Part shown: positions 30,576 through 40,532 of the stretch, piece by piece
How positions within the stretch are numbered: position 1 is the first letter of the stretch
Layout of the letters: each line of letters starts with the position of its first letter
Assembly (NCBI GenBank): GCA_963851405.1
Contig: CAWKPB010000001.1
Span: 279,707 to 343,706 of the forward strand
Direction of reading: 5' to 3'
Source of the DNA: an uncultured Actinomycetota bacterium
GTDB taxonomy: Bacteria; Actinomycetota; Actinomycetes; DATJPE01
DNA length: 64,000 nucleotides
Made by a program: the position numbers and the translations under genes
Notes under the pieces: generated by a model
Seen by the model: only the letters and a program-made list of their open reading frames with translations
The model's database searches: none
What the model was told of the DNA's origin: nothing

Positions 30576-31051
30576 CCCCTCGAGAGGCCTGGTTCGTCCG
30601 CCTCGTCCGCCTCGTCCGCCTCGTCCAGCTCGCGCGGCGCTCGATAGGGGTCGGCTTCGCCCGCGAACGTGGCGCCAGCCGCCGCAGCATGGACCTGCTC
30701 ATCGGCCGCCTTGGCCTCCACCAGCAGATCTTCGATGATCCGCGCATTCTCGGGAATGGCGTCAGCGATGAACGCCAGCGAAGGCGTGTGGCGAACACCT
30801 GTCTGGCGACCCACTTCGCTGCGCAGCACCCCCTTGGCACTCTCAAGCGCGGTCGCAGTCAACGCGCGCTCCTCGTCAGAGCCGTACACCGTGTAGAAGA
30901 CCGTGGCCTCTCGCAGGTCGTTGGTGATGCGCGTGTCGGTGACCGTGACGAACCCCAGCCGCGGGTCCTTGACCTTGGTTTCGAGCGTCTCCGCCACGAT
31001 GACCTTGATCCGGTCGGCGAGCTTGCGAGCCCGAGCTTCATGCGCGGTCAT
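30572..31051 (-). CDS. rbfA: Ribosome-binding factor A
   Basis: It is 159 aa with a KH-like RbfA core and a C-terminal acidic tail containing (DEA) repeats. Confidence 0.85.
   Translation of the reverse strand: MTAHEARARKLADRIKVIVAETLETKVKDPRLGFVTVTDTRITNDLREATVFYTVYGSDEERALTATALESAKGVLRSEVGRQTGVRHTPSLAFIADAIPENARIIEDLLVEAKAADEQVHAAAAGATFAGEADPYRAPRELDEADEADEADEPGLSRG
30594..30629. repeat. Tandem 9-nt repeat (tcgtccgcc x3 plus one degenerate copy) encoding [10 protein letters not shown] at the RbfA C-terminus
   Basis: The repeat is read directly from the sequence. Confidence 0.8.
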
Positions 31052-31344
31052 GCGTCCTCCTCGGAGTGGAATCGGCGCCTGGCCGACAGCAGGTCGATCT
31101 CGGGGCGGGCAGCGACCAACCGTTCGCAGGCATCGAGGATCTCGACACAGTGTGCTTGGTCGGGTGCCACCACCGCGACCCCGAGCAGAGCTCGCCGATG
31201 TAGATCGAGGTAGCCGGCCTCGGCCGCCGCAACCTCGAAGCGCCGCCGCACCTCGGCCACGATGGGCCGCACCACGGAACGCTTCTCCTTCAGCGAGTGG
31301 ACGTCACCGAGCAGCAGATCGAGACTGAGCACCCCGACGAACAC
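31048..31344 (-). CDS. DUF503 (YlxP-like) protein
   Basis: The conserved LHLPGxxSLKEKR-like motif reads [13 protein letters not shown]. The probable start is GTG 31344; the longest ORF reaches 31404. Confidence 0.7.
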   Translation of the reverse strand: MFVGVLSLDLLLGDVHSLKEKRSVVRPIVAEVRRRFEVAAAEAGYLDLHRRALLGVAVVAPDQAHCVEILDACERLVAARPEIDLLSARRRFHSEEDA

Positions 31345-31408
31345 AGCCTCACCGCCTTGCCCTCTGGTCGTGGGTCCGATGACCGGCCCCTGCGCGTCTT
31401 GCATCCGA

Positions 31409-31428
31409 CGTCGGCCCTTCGGCCGACG
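31409..31428. other. Perfect 8-bp stem with 4-nt loop hairpin (cgtcggcc-cttc-ggccgacg) in the infB to DUF503 intergenic region
   Basis: The inverted repeat is read from the sequence. It may be an internal operon processing or attenuation element. Confidence 0.35.
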
Positions 31429-31516
31429 AGCTCCCTACGAAACGCCCCGGAACCGACCATCGGACCCACGAGCGCGTACTAAACACTCGGAGTCGGGCGT
31501 CGAACCGACCAGCCAA

Positions 31517-34271
31517 CTAGCTTCGAGGCTTTTCTCTCATCTCAAAGGTCTCGATAACGTCGTCGGGCTTGATGTCGTTGTACGACCCGAGGCCGATGCC
31601 GCACTCGAAGCCCTCTCGCACCTCCGTCGCATCGTCCTTGAACCGCTTGAGGGAGTCGATGGTGAGGTTGTCGGCGACGACCACACCGTCGCGAATGAGC
31701 CGAGCCTTGGAGTTGCGGACGATGGTGCCACTGCGCACCAACGAACCGGCGATGTTGCCGAACTTCGAGGAACGGAAGACCTCTCGCACCTCGGCCGAGC
31801 CGAGCGAAGCCTCCTCGAACTCCGGCTTGAGCATGCCCTTGAGGGCCGCTTCGATGTCATCGATGGCCGCGTAGATGACCGAGTAGTAGCGCACGTCGAC
31901 GCCCTCACGATCGATCAGGTCACCCACGCGCTCGGCCGGTCGGACGTTGAAGCCCAAGATGACTGCGTTCGACGCGACCGCGAGGTTGACGTCGTTTTGC
32001 GTGATGGCCCCGACGCCACGGTCGATGACCCGCAAGGAGACCTCTTCGCCGACCTCGATGTTGAGCAGTGCGTCCTCGAGCGCCTCCACCGAACCGGAGA
32101 CATCGCCCTTGAGGATGAGGTTGAGCGTCTCGGTGCGACCCTCTTCGAGGGACTTGAACAAGTCCTCGAGCGTACGACGACCCCTCCGCTTGGCCAGCTC
32201 CGCGTTGCGCTCGCGGGCGGACCGACGCTCGGCGATCTGGCGAGCGACCCGGTCCTCGGGAACGACGAGGAAACTGCCCCCGGCGTCGGGAACCGAGGTC
32301 AGACCGAGCACCAGAACCGGCGTCGCGGGACCCGCCTCTTCCAGGGTATTGCCGTGCTCGTCGAGCATGGCCCGTACCCGGCCGAAGGCTTCACCGGCGA
32401 CGATGGAATCTCCGGAGCGCAGCGTCCCTCGCTGGACCAGCACGGTGGCCACCGGCCCGCGGCCGCGGTCGAGGTGAGCCTCGATCGCCACACCCTGCGC
32501 GTCCTGCGACGCGTTTGCGCGCAGGTCGAGCGAAGCGTCAGCGGTCAACAGCACGGCGTCGAGCAGCGCCTCGATGTTGAGTCCCTCGCGCGCAGAGACG
32601 TCCACGAACATCGTCTCGCCGCCGTACTCCTCGGCGACCAGCCCGTATTCCGTGAGCTGGCCTCGGACCTTCGCGGGGTCAGCGCCTTCCTTGTCGATCT
32701 TGTTGACCGCGACCACGATCGGCACGTTGGCCGCCTGGGCGTGGTTGAGCGCCTCGATCGTCTGCGGCTTCACACCATCGTCGGCCGCAACGACGAGAAT
32801 CGCGATGTCGGTGACCTTGGCTCCACGGGCACGCATGGCGGTGAACGCCTCGTGTCCGGGGGTGTCGATGAAGGTGATCGTCGGTCGATCCTCGTGCAGG
32901 GTGCACCTGGTAGGCGCCGATGTGCTGGGTGATCCCACCGGCCTCGGCCTTGACGACGTCGGTGTTGCGGATCGCGTCGAGCAGTCGAGTCTTTCCGTGG
33001 TCGACGTGACCCATGACGGTGACGACCGGCGGACGGCTCACCAAGGTCGTCCTCGTCGCCTTCGTTCGCCTCCGAACTCAAGGTCGAACGACTCCAGCAG
33101 CTCGCGGTCTTCGTCTTCGGGGAGACGACTGGACGTCGAAGTTGAGCTCGGCACCCAACAGCGTGCAGGGTGTCGTCGTTGACCGACTGCGTCGCGGTCA
33201 CCATCTCGCCCAGGTTGAACATGATCTGGACGAGCGAGGCCGGGTTGGCATTGATCTTCTCGGCGAAGTCGCTGAGAGAAGCGCCGCGCGGCATCCGAAC
33301 GGTTTCGCCGTTGCCGCGAGGAGCCATCACGCCGCCGATCGTCGGCGCCTGCATGTTGTCGAACTCTTGACGCCGCTGCTTCTTGGACTTGCGGCCGCGG
33401 GTCGGACGTCCGCCGGGACGACCGAACGCGCCAGCCGTGCCGCCGCCGCGTCCGCGGTTGCCGCCACCGCCTGGACGACCCGAGAATCCGCCGGGTCGGC
33501 CGGCATAGCCACCGCCACCACCACCGCCGGCGCCACCGCCACCCGGGGCGCCCGGCCGGCCGCCGTACGCCGGACGGGAACCACCGGAGCGCCGCCACCT
33601 GGGCCGGGCGCGTCCACCGGGACGGCCGCCGGGAGCGCCCGGGCCTGCGGGGCCGGGGCGCGTGGGCATCATGGCCGGATTCGGCCGAGGTCCGCCTGGG
33701 CGCGGGGCGCCGGGGACTCCCCCGGGCCGAGGCCCGCCGGGGCGCAGCGCCGTCCGCGGGACGGGCGAGGCGCGGGCGCCTGCCATGCGCGAGGCGGAGC
33801 TGAAGGGGTTGTTGCCGGGGCGCGGAGCACCAGCCGGACGAGGCGTGGGACGCGCTGGCGCGCTGGCGGCCGGAGCAACCGGTGCCGCAGGGGCGGCGGG
33901 CCCGGGAGTGGGCGGCGACCGTGGGGGCAGGCGGAGGGCCCGGTGATGCCGGCTGGCGTTGGCGCGGACGGCGTTGGAGGCGCCACGGGTGCTTGGCCGC
34001 CAACTCGTCGGCCGCGGGGACCTGAGGAGCTCGGGCGGTCAGCTCGGCCGCGGCCTTCTTCGCGGCCTGTCGCCTTCTTCGCCGGGGCGGCGGCGCTTCG
34101 TCGCCTGGGCGGCGGGGCGGGGAAGGCCTCCTTCAGCTTCTTGACGACCGGCGCCTCGATGGTGGAGGACGCCGAACGGACGAACTCCCCCATGTCTTGC
34201 AGCTTGGTCACGAGGACCTTGCTCTCGACGCCGAGCTCTTTCGCGAGTTCATAGACCCGGACCTTGGCCAC
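31517..34271 (-). pseudogene. infB: Translation initiation factor IF-2 (infB), reading frame broken into at least 4 frames, probable homopolymer indel errors
   Basis: IF-2 segments sit in different minus-strand frames. The N-terminal domain ([15 protein letters not shown]...) is on ORF 33669..34271. The G/P-rich linker plus [18 protein letters not shown]...SVNDDTL is on 32770..33786. [19 protein letters not shown] is on 33038..34003. The G1 motif [17 protein letters not shown]...GAYQV is on 32679..33044. [12 protein letters not shown] through the C-terminus is on 31517..32938. Confidence 0.8.
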
Positions 34272-34378
34272 AGCTCTCCTGGTTTTGGTCCGAGCCGGTG
34301 AAGGCAGGGACCGTCGTTACGGGGACGTACTCATCGCTGCGTGCTCATCGAGCGCTCATCGGTGGAACCCGCTTTCGG

Positions 34379-34675
34379 TCACGTTGGTGGTGCGTGCAGG
34401 GTCGTGCGCTTCTGTCGATTGAGCTGGTCTTCCGCTGGCCGCACCGCAGCCGGGTCCGGGGACTCGCTCAGGCGCAGGGCCCGGGCGAACGAACGACGAC
34501 TGATGGCGAGCTCGAGGCAGGTGGTCGTGGAGTGGATGTACGCCCCGCGACCGGGCTGTAGCGCCCGGGCATCGGGGAGCAGAACTCCATCGACAGCCAC
34601 AACGCGCAACAGGTCAGATTTGGCGACCTTCGAACGGCACCCGACGCACGTGCGTTGAGGGCTGATGAGGGCCAC
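34379..34675 (-). CDS. YlxR/DUF448 family protein (nusA-infB operon)
   Basis: It is 98 aa with the RTCVGCR zinc-ribbon-like motif and sits between nusA and infB. Confidence 0.75.
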   Translation of the reverse strand: MALISPQRTCVGCRSKVAKSDLLRVVAVDGVLLPDARALQPGRGAYIHSTTTCLELAISRRSFARALRLSESPDPAAVRPAEDQLNRQKRTTLHAPPT

Positions 34676-34710
34676 CGAAGATCCGGCGCCGCCGAGTCTA
34701 CCTTGCTCGC

Positions 34711-35757
34711 TCAGTCCCCCACGCCCTCGGCTCGCGCATCCGGCATGGGAGGCGCTTCGCCGTTGGCTCCGGCTGGCCCGTCCTCGACCGGAGACGGGGC
34801 ATCGGAGCGGATATCGATGCGCCAGCCGGTCAGCCGCGCGGCCAACCGGGCATTTTGGCCCTCTTTCCCGATCGCCAAGGACAGTTGGTAGTCAGGCACG
34901 GTCACGCGAGCCACGCGGGCCTCCAGGTCCACGATCTCCACGTGTTGGACCTTCGCTGGCTGGAGCGCCTCCGCAACGAAGGACGCAGGATCCGCGGACC
35001 AATCGACGATGTCGATCTTCTCGCCGTGGAGCTCGGTCATCACGGCCCGCGCCCGCGCACCCATGGGGCCGATGCAGGAGCCCTTGGCGTTGACGCCCTG
35101 CCGGTTGGAGCGCACAGCCAGCTTGCTCCGGTGACCAGCCTCTCGGGCGATGGCCACGATCTCCACCGTTCCGTCCGCGATCTCGGGCACCTCCTGCGCA
35201 AAGAGTTTTCGGACCAGGTTCGGATGAGTGCGGGACAGCCCCACCTGCGGACCTCGAATCCCCTTTCGAACGGCCACGACGTAACACTTCAGCCGCAGAC
35301 CGTGCTCGTATTTCTTCCCGGGGACCTGCTCCTGCGCCGGGAGAAGGCCCTCGAGTTTGCCGAGGTTCACCATCACGTCGCGGGGGTGGCTGCCCTGCTG
35401 GATCATGCCGGCGACGATGTCGCCTTCCTTGCCATGGAACTCGCCGAACATCTGCTCGTCCTCGGCATCTCGCAATCGCTGCAGGATGACCTGCTTGGCC
35501 GTTGTGGCGGCGATCCGTCCGAAACCGTCGGGGGTGTCGTCGTACTCGCGCAGGACCGACCCGTCTTCGGCGAGTTCCGCCGCTAGGACCGTGACGTGAC
35601 CGGTCCCCCGGTCCAACTGCACACGACCCTTGGGCTGGGAGCCTTCCGTGTGGTGGTAGGCGACCAACAGCGCCGCTTCGATGGCCTCAACGAGAAGATC
35701 GAGGGACACGTCCTTTTCGCGCACCATGCCGCGCAGGGCATTCATGTCGATGTCCAT
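34711..35757 (-). CDS. nusA: Transcription termination/antitermination factor NusA
   Basis: An N-terminal domain, S1 and two KH domains are present. ATG 35757 (MDIDMNAL...) lies 1 nt after the rimP stop. Confidence 0.9.
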   Translation of the reverse strand: MDIDMNALRGMVREKDVSLDLLVEAIEAALLVAYHHTEGSQPKGRVQLDRGTGHVTVLAAELAEDGSVLREYDDTPDGFGRIAATTAKQVILQRLRDAEDEQMFGEFHGKEGDIVAGMIQQGSHPRDVMVNLGKLEGLLPAQEQVPGKKYEHGLRLKCYVVAVRKGIRGPQVGLSRTHPNLVRKLFAQEVPEIADGTVEIVAIAREAGHRSKLAVRSNRQGVNAKGSCIGPMGARARAVMTELHGEKIDIVDWSADPASFVAEALQPAKVQHVEIVDLEARVARVTVPDYQLSLAIGKEGQNARLAARLTGWRIDIRSDAPSPVEDGPAGANGEAPPMPDARAEGVGD

Positions 35758-35758
35758 G

Positions 35759-36244
35759 TCAGCCTGCCTCTCCGTCGACTGCGGGATCGGTTCGATTGAA
35801 CTCAACCTGAACCTGGGCGCGACGCACCTCGGAGTACGCGAACCGACGGTCGCGGCCCTCGACATCCAGGTCGACCCCAGTCGGGTCGGCCGCCTCGACG
35901 CGACCCACTGTGCTTTCCCCGGTCGTCCATTCGATCTTCACCAAACGCCCCACGGCTCGCCGCCAGTGCTTCGGCTCGGTCAGCGGGCGATCGACCCCTG
36001 GAGATCCCACCTCAAGGACGTACGGCTGCTCGCCGAGCACATCCGTTGCGTCGAGGGCTTCCGACACCCGGCGGGAAACATCCGCCACGTCGTCGAGCGA
36101 GACCCCACCGTCCTTGTCGACCGCGACCCGAACCACTCGGCGCCGCCCAGCCGGGGTGATGGCGACACTGTCGAGATCAAGCCCTGAGGCCGCGACAACC
36201 GGCGACAGAAGGGCCACGAGCTGCTCGGTGGTTGCGACGCTCAT
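35759..36244 (-). CDS. rimP: Ribosome maturation factor RimP
   Basis: The proposed start is ATG 36244 ([13 protein letters not shown]...); the longest ORF reaches 36598. It sits in the conserved position upstream of nusA. Confidence 0.8.
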   Translation of the reverse strand: MSVATTEQLVALLSPVVAASGLDLDSVAITPAGRRRVVRVAVDKDGGVSLDDVADVSRRVSEALDATDVLGEQPYVLEVGSPGVDRPLTEPKHWRRAVGRLVKIEWTTGESTVGRVEAADPTGVDLDVEGRDRRFAYSEVRRAQVQVEFNRTDPAVDGEAG

Positions 36245-36368
36245 CGGGCCCCTCTTCTGTCGTATCGGCGTTTCACGTGACCCGCCGCGTACGTGCCGGT
36301 GGCCCCACGATAGCCCGTGCGCGGCACCGGCGAGGCTGACGTGGTGCTGGCCGTGACACCATCGGCTG

Positions 36369-36893
36369 ATGCCCCGGGAGACGACGCGCCGCGAGGTGCT
36401 CGCGGCCCTGGGGCTCGGGGCAGCCGCTGTTGGGATGCTCGGCCTTTCTGGATGCACCAGCACAGCCGCGCCACCGCCGCCGGATCCTGTCAAGTCTGCC
36501 GATGAGGTTGAGGCGGCGTCTGCGGCGGCCCGCGAATCGCTGCTCGCAGAGCGGGCGGCCGGTACGGCTCGAAAGCACCCCACGCTCACCTCGGCCACCG
36601 ACGCTTCGCAAGCGCATGCCGCCCACGCCGCCGCCCTGGAGGACGTGGCGCGCGTCGTCGGCGGCCCAAGCGCGAGCGGGTCCCCGACGACCGGCCCGAC
36701 ACTGATCCCGGCCAGCCGTCAACGAGCCGCAACGGCGCTCGCGAACGCCGAACTTGCCGTGGCAGAGGCTCACCAGCAAGCACTCGTGCGGACCGGAGTG
36801 ACCGGGGGGCTCGCTGCCTTGCTGGCCTCCGTGGCCGCTTCCGACGCGTCGTTCGCTCGCTCAATCGCTGGGCAGGGACGAGCGTCCGGGTGA
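36369..36893 (+). CDS. Tat-signal lipoprotein, Ala-rich (Rv2843-like conserved hypothetical)
   Basis: An RREVLAALGLGAAA twin-arginine signal is followed by an LSGC lipobox. It is translationally coupled by a 4-nt overlap to the next gene. Confidence 0.55.
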   Translation: MPRETTRREVLAALGLGAAAVGMLGLSGCTSTAAPPPPDPVKSADEVEAASAAARESLLAERAAGTARKHPTLTSATDASQAHAAHAAALEDVARVVGGPSASGSPTTGPTLIPASRQRAATALANAELAVAEAHQQALVRTGVTGGLAALLASVAASDASFARSIAGQGRASG

Positions 36894-37309
36894 CCCCAAC
36901 CGAGCACTCCAGGTCGTTCTTTCGGGGCGAGCATGCGGCCGTGTACGGCTACGGGGTGGTGGGCGCCCGACTCCGAGGGCAGCCGGACGAGGCGGCCGCG
37001 CGAAGGTCGTACACGCGGCACACCGCGCGCCGGGATCGGGTTGCTGCCCTGATCGTCGCCGCCGGCGACACCCCGGTACCGGCAGCCCCGGCGTACAACC
37101 TGGGAGGTCCCGTGACCGCAGCGGACCAGGCCCGTCGGTTGGCGGCCGAGGTCGAGGCTGCGCTGGTGGCGCCCTACCTCGACCTGGTGGCCGCGACCGA
37201 GGGCCGGGAGCGCTCGGCGCCTGCCGCCTGGGCGAGCGAGGCCGCGTCGCAGAGCGTGTTTTGGGGGGCGGAGCCCACCCCGTTCCCTGGCCTGAGCAAT
37301 CAAGCCTGA
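36890..37309 (+). CDS. DUF4439 ferritin-like domain protein (Rv2844-like)
   Basis: It is 139 aa with the FRGEHAAVYGYGVVGARL motif typical of DUF4439. Confidence 0.55.
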   Translation: MTPTEHSRSFFRGEHAAVYGYGVVGARLRGQPDEAAARRSYTRHTARRDRVAALIVAAGDTPVPAAPAYNLGGPVTAADQARRLAAEVEAALVAPYLDLVAATEGRERSAPAAWASEAASQSVFWGAEPTPFPGLSNQA

Positions 37310-38052
37310 GCAATCACGCCCGAGCAATAGAGCCTGCGTCCATCTACCGCCAAGCGTCGATGAGCGGCATGAGTTCGTCGAGGGTCTGAACCACCGCATC
37401 CGGGTCCCCCTCGACGCGCCCCCGCTGCTCTGGGGGGATCACCGAGTGCGGCACCAGGACGGCCCGCATCCCCACTTCCTTCGCACCGTGCACGTCCTCG
37501 AAGGGTCGGTCGCCGACGAAGACGCACCGTGACGGGGTCGTCGACGCCCAGCGCGTCTACCACCGACAAGAAGGCCTCGGGGTGGGGCTTGGCCCAAGGG
37601 ATCTCACTGGAGAAGACCGCGGCCGTCACGAGGTGGAGCACGCCATCACGAGCGAGAACTGCCTCGTGGTAGTCGCGCGTCCACAACGTGTTCGACAAAA
37701 TCCCGACCAGTACTCCACGATCGCGCAGGCCCTCGAACACAGAGATCACGTGAGGGTCAGTCCAGGTGTGCGGGTCCCAGGCCTCCTGATACGCCGACAG
37801 GGCCTCCTCGTGTCGGGACCCGTACGGCTCGATGCCCACGGAGGTCAAGACATCGTCCAGCGTGCCTGACCTCTGATGCTCTCGGGCCTTGGCCCAGGTC
37901 AACGCTTCGGCTTCGATGAGTTGCCCGGCCAATTCGTCGGCGCGCAACGGGTCGTAGACGGTCGTGTAGGCCCGCCAGATCTCTCGAATGTCGAGGGTGT
38001 GCCAGGGCGTCAACGTGCCACCCCAGTCGAAGATCACTGCATCGACGCCCAT
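37300..38052 (-). CDS. HAD-superfamily hydrolase with an apparent single-base frameshift near 37534-37537 (C4 run on the coding strand); the authentic C-terminus continues in another frame to about 37344
   Basis: Motif I reads VIFDWGGTL. The alternate frame after ALGVDD gives SRCVFVGDRPFEDVHGAKEVGMRAVLVPHSVIPPEQRG...LIDAWR*, a complete HAD C-terminus. Confidence 0.65.
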   Translation of the reverse strand: MGVDAVIFDWGGTLTPWHTLDIREIWRAYTTVYDPLRADELAGQLIEAEALTWAKAREHQRSGTLDDVLTSVGIEPYGSRHEEALSAYQEAWDPHTWTDPHVISVFEGLRDRGVLVGILSNTLWTRDYHEAVLARDGVLHLVTAAVFSSEIPWAKPHPEAFLSVVDALGVDDPVTVRLRRRPTLRGRARCEGSGDAGRPGAALGDPPRAAGARRGGPGCGGSDPRRTHAAHRRLAVDGRRLYCSGVIAQA

Positions 38053-38057
38053 CCAAG

Positions 38058-39800
38058 CTACGCCCGGACCACCGAGACGAGATGGTCCGCGGCCTCGCCG
38101 ACGGCGACCTCGACGCGCTCTCCCGTGCGCCGATCCTTGACCTCGATGACGCCCTCACCCAAGCCCTTGCCGACGACCACGATCGTGGGCACCCCGATCA
38201 GTTCGGAGTCCTTGAACTTCACCCCGGGCGAGACACCGCGACGGTCGTCGACCAGGACCCGCACGCCTCGACCATGCAGGTCGGCGGCGAGTCGTTCGGC
38301 GGCCTCATAGATCGCGTCGTCCTTGCCCGCGGCCACGATGTGGACATCCGCCGGCGCCACCTCACGGGGCCAACAAAGACCGAGATCGTCGTACGTCGTC
38401 TCCGCGACGGCGGCGACGGCTCGGGAAACGCCGATGCCGTAGGAGCCCATCGTCACGACGACCTGCTTGCCGTTCTGGTCCAACACCTTGAGGTCGAGCG
38501 ACTCGGCGTACTTGCGCCCGAGCTGGAAGATGTGACCGATCTCGATCCCGCGTGCCAACTCCAGCGGCCCCGAGCCGTCCGGCGCCAGGTCACCCGCCCG
38601 AACCTCGGCGGCCTCGATGACTCCGTCGCCGTCGAAATCGCGGCCCTTGACCAGATCAAACACATGCCGACCGGGCTCGTCAGCCCCCGTCACCCAACGG
38701 GTGCCGTCGACGATCCGCGGGTCCAACAGGTAGCGGATGCCGCTGGACTGCTTCACGCCCAGCACGCCAGGCCCGATGTAACCCTTCACCAAGCTTGGGT
38801 GCTGGGCGAAGTCGGTATCGGTGAAGGGTTCGACCTCGGCCGGCGAGACCACGGCCTCCAGCCGCTTCTGGTCCACCTCGCGGTCGCCGGGAAGGCCGAT
38901 CACGAGGGGTTCACGTGTTCCGTCAGGGTTGCGCAGCATGACGACGACGTTCTTAAGTGTGTCGCCGGCCGACCATGACCGATCAGGGAATCGCTCGCGC
39001 GCGACAGCCACCAAGGTCTCAATCGTGGGCGTGTCGGGGGTGTCTTCGACATGCGCGGCTGGGGTGTCCGCCCACGAAGTCGCGGCCGGCACAACCGTGG
39101 TCACGGCCTCGACGTTGGCGGCGTAGCCGCCGGGGCTCCGCACGTAGGTGTCCTCACCGAACTCGCATGGCGCCAAGAACTCCTCGCTGGCCGAGCCACC
39201 CATGGCTCCCGACATCGCCGCCACGATGACGTACGGCAGCCCGAGCCGGTCGAACGTCTTGATGTACGCCGCACGATGAGCGTCATAGGACGCCTCGAGG
39301 CCAGCGTCATCCACGTCGAAGGAGTAGGAGTCCTTCATCACGAACTCGCGGCCGCGCAAGATGCCTGCTCTGGGCCGCGCCTCGTCGCGATACTTCGTCT
39401 GGATCTGGTAGATCGACAGCGGCAGATCCTTGTAGGAGGAGCACAGATCCTTGACCAGGAGCGTGAACATCTCCTCGTGAGTCGGACCGAGCAGGTAGTC
39501 GTTGCCCCGCCGATCCTTGAGCCGGAACAGGTTGGCCCCGTACTCGGTCCAGCGGTTGGTCTGTTCGTAGGGCTCCCGCGGCAACAGTGCAGGGAAATGC
39601 ACCTCCTGGAACCCGGCCGCGTCCATCTCCTCACGCACGATCCGCTCCACGTTGCGGTAGACGAGGTAGCCCAGCGGCAGCCAGGAGTAGATCCCCGGAG
39701 CCGCGCGGCGCACATAGCCGGCCCGCACCAGTAGGCGATGGCTCGGCACCTCAGCGTCCGCCGGATCCTCGCGCAGGGTGCGCAGGAACAACGTGGACAT
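38058..39800 (-). CDS. proS: Proline--tRNA ligase
   Basis: Class II aaRS motifs and an anticodon-binding domain are present. ATG 39800 ([24 protein letters not shown]...) gives 581 aa; the longer ORF to 40244 is only open antisense frame. Confidence 0.9.
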   Translation of the reverse strand: MSTLFLRTLREDPADAEVPSHRLLVRAGYVRRAAPGIYSWLPLGYLVYRNVERIVREEMDAAGFQEVHFPALLPREPYEQTNRWTEYGANLFRLKDRRGNDYLLGPTHEEMFTLLVKDLCSSYKDLPLSIYQIQTKYRDEARPRAGILRGREFVMKDSYSFDVDDAGLEASYDAHRAAYIKTFDRLGLPYVIVAAMSGAMGGSASEEFLAPCEFGEDTYVRSPGGYAANVEAVTTVVPAATSWADTPAAHVEDTPDTPTIETLVAVARERFPDRSWSAGDTLKNVVVMLRNPDGTREPLVIGLPGDREVDQKRLEAVVSPAEVEPFTDTDFAQHPSLVKGYIGPGVLGVKQSSGIRYLLDPRIVDGTRWVTGADEPGRHVFDLVKGRDFDGDGVIEAAEVRAGDLAPDGSGPLELARGIEIGHIFQLGRKYAESLDLKVLDQNGKQVVVTMGSYGIGVSRAVAAVAETTYDDLGLCWPREVAPADVHIVAAGKDDAIYEAAERLAADLHGRGVRVLVDDRRGVSPGVKFKDSELIGVPTIVVVGKGLGEGVIEVKDRRTGERVEVAVGEAADHLVSVVRA

Positions 39801-39890
39801 CCGCAAGATCAAGGGGAGCTCCTTGTGCCGGGCTGGGAGCCCCGAGGATATCCGGGCCGACGCTGTTCGCCGACTGGATAACCTGCGGTC

Positions 39891-40397
39891 ATGCCCGATT
39901 CGCCTCCCGCCGCGCCCTTCACCCCCTTCGTCCCCGACTGGTTCGACGTCCCGCGGCGGCTCGAGACCCCCCGGTTCGTCCTGGTGCCGCTGGGCGCCGA
40001 ACACAACGAACGCGACTACGAGGCGTGGACGACCAGCATGGAGCACATTCACGCCACTCCCGGGTTCGAGACGCACCGCTGGCCGCACCCGATGACGCTC
40101 GAAGAAAACCTCGGTGACCTGGTTCGCCATGAAGAGGACTTCGCGCAGCGTCAGGGCTTCACCTACACCGTCCTGAGCCGCGCTCCAGGCACAGAGCCCA
40201 CAGAGATCGTCGGCTGCCTCTACATCTACCCGGGCGATCCGCACACCGGAGGCCGCGAGACAGTCGACGCTCGCGTGCGCTCATGGACCCGAGCCAGTCA
40301 TGCCGCCCTCGACGTCGAGGTCTGGCGAGCGGTCAACACGTGGCTCGCCGAGACCTGGCCGTTTCGCCACGTGTCGTACGCCCCTCGTCCGGGCTGA
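39891..40397 (+). CDS. GNAT-family N-acetyltransferase (RimJ/RimL-like)
   Basis: It is 168 aa with the [16 protein letters not shown]-terminal motif typical of Acetyltransf_3. Confidence 0.55.
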   Translation: MPDSPPAAPFTPFVPDWFDVPRRLETPRFVLVPLGAEHNERDYEAWTTSMEHIHATPGFETHRWPHPMTLEENLGDLVRHEEDFAQRQGFTYTVLSRAPGTEPTEIVGCLYIYPGDPHTGGRETVDARVRSWTRASHAALDVEVWRAVNTWLAETWPFRHVSYAPRPG

Positions 40398-40532
40398 CGA
40401 AGACCCCCTCGCCAGCCGCGAAAGCCGCGAAACTGTCCGATCACGGCCCTGATTCGGGCTGCTTCCCGACCTTCGTAGCTGAAGCCCGAAAGACGCCTCA
40501 ATACGGTCGAACTGCAGGTCGACACACCTTGG

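Noticed and set aside
31517-34271. Interpreting the infB frame breaks as programmed frameshifting or a novel split IF-2
   Set aside because: The number of frame changes (at least four), their location at homopolymer or G-rich runs, and a comparable single-base frameshift in the HAD gene all point to sequence-quality artefacts. No slippery heptamer or stimulatory structure pattern is evident.
38058-40244. Longest ORF for proS (728 aa) extending 148 codons upstream of the conserved [11 protein letters not shown] start
   Set aside because: The N-terminal extension has no ProRS similarity and is antisense open frame overlapping the GNAT gene. ATG 39800 gives a canonical 581-aa ProRS.
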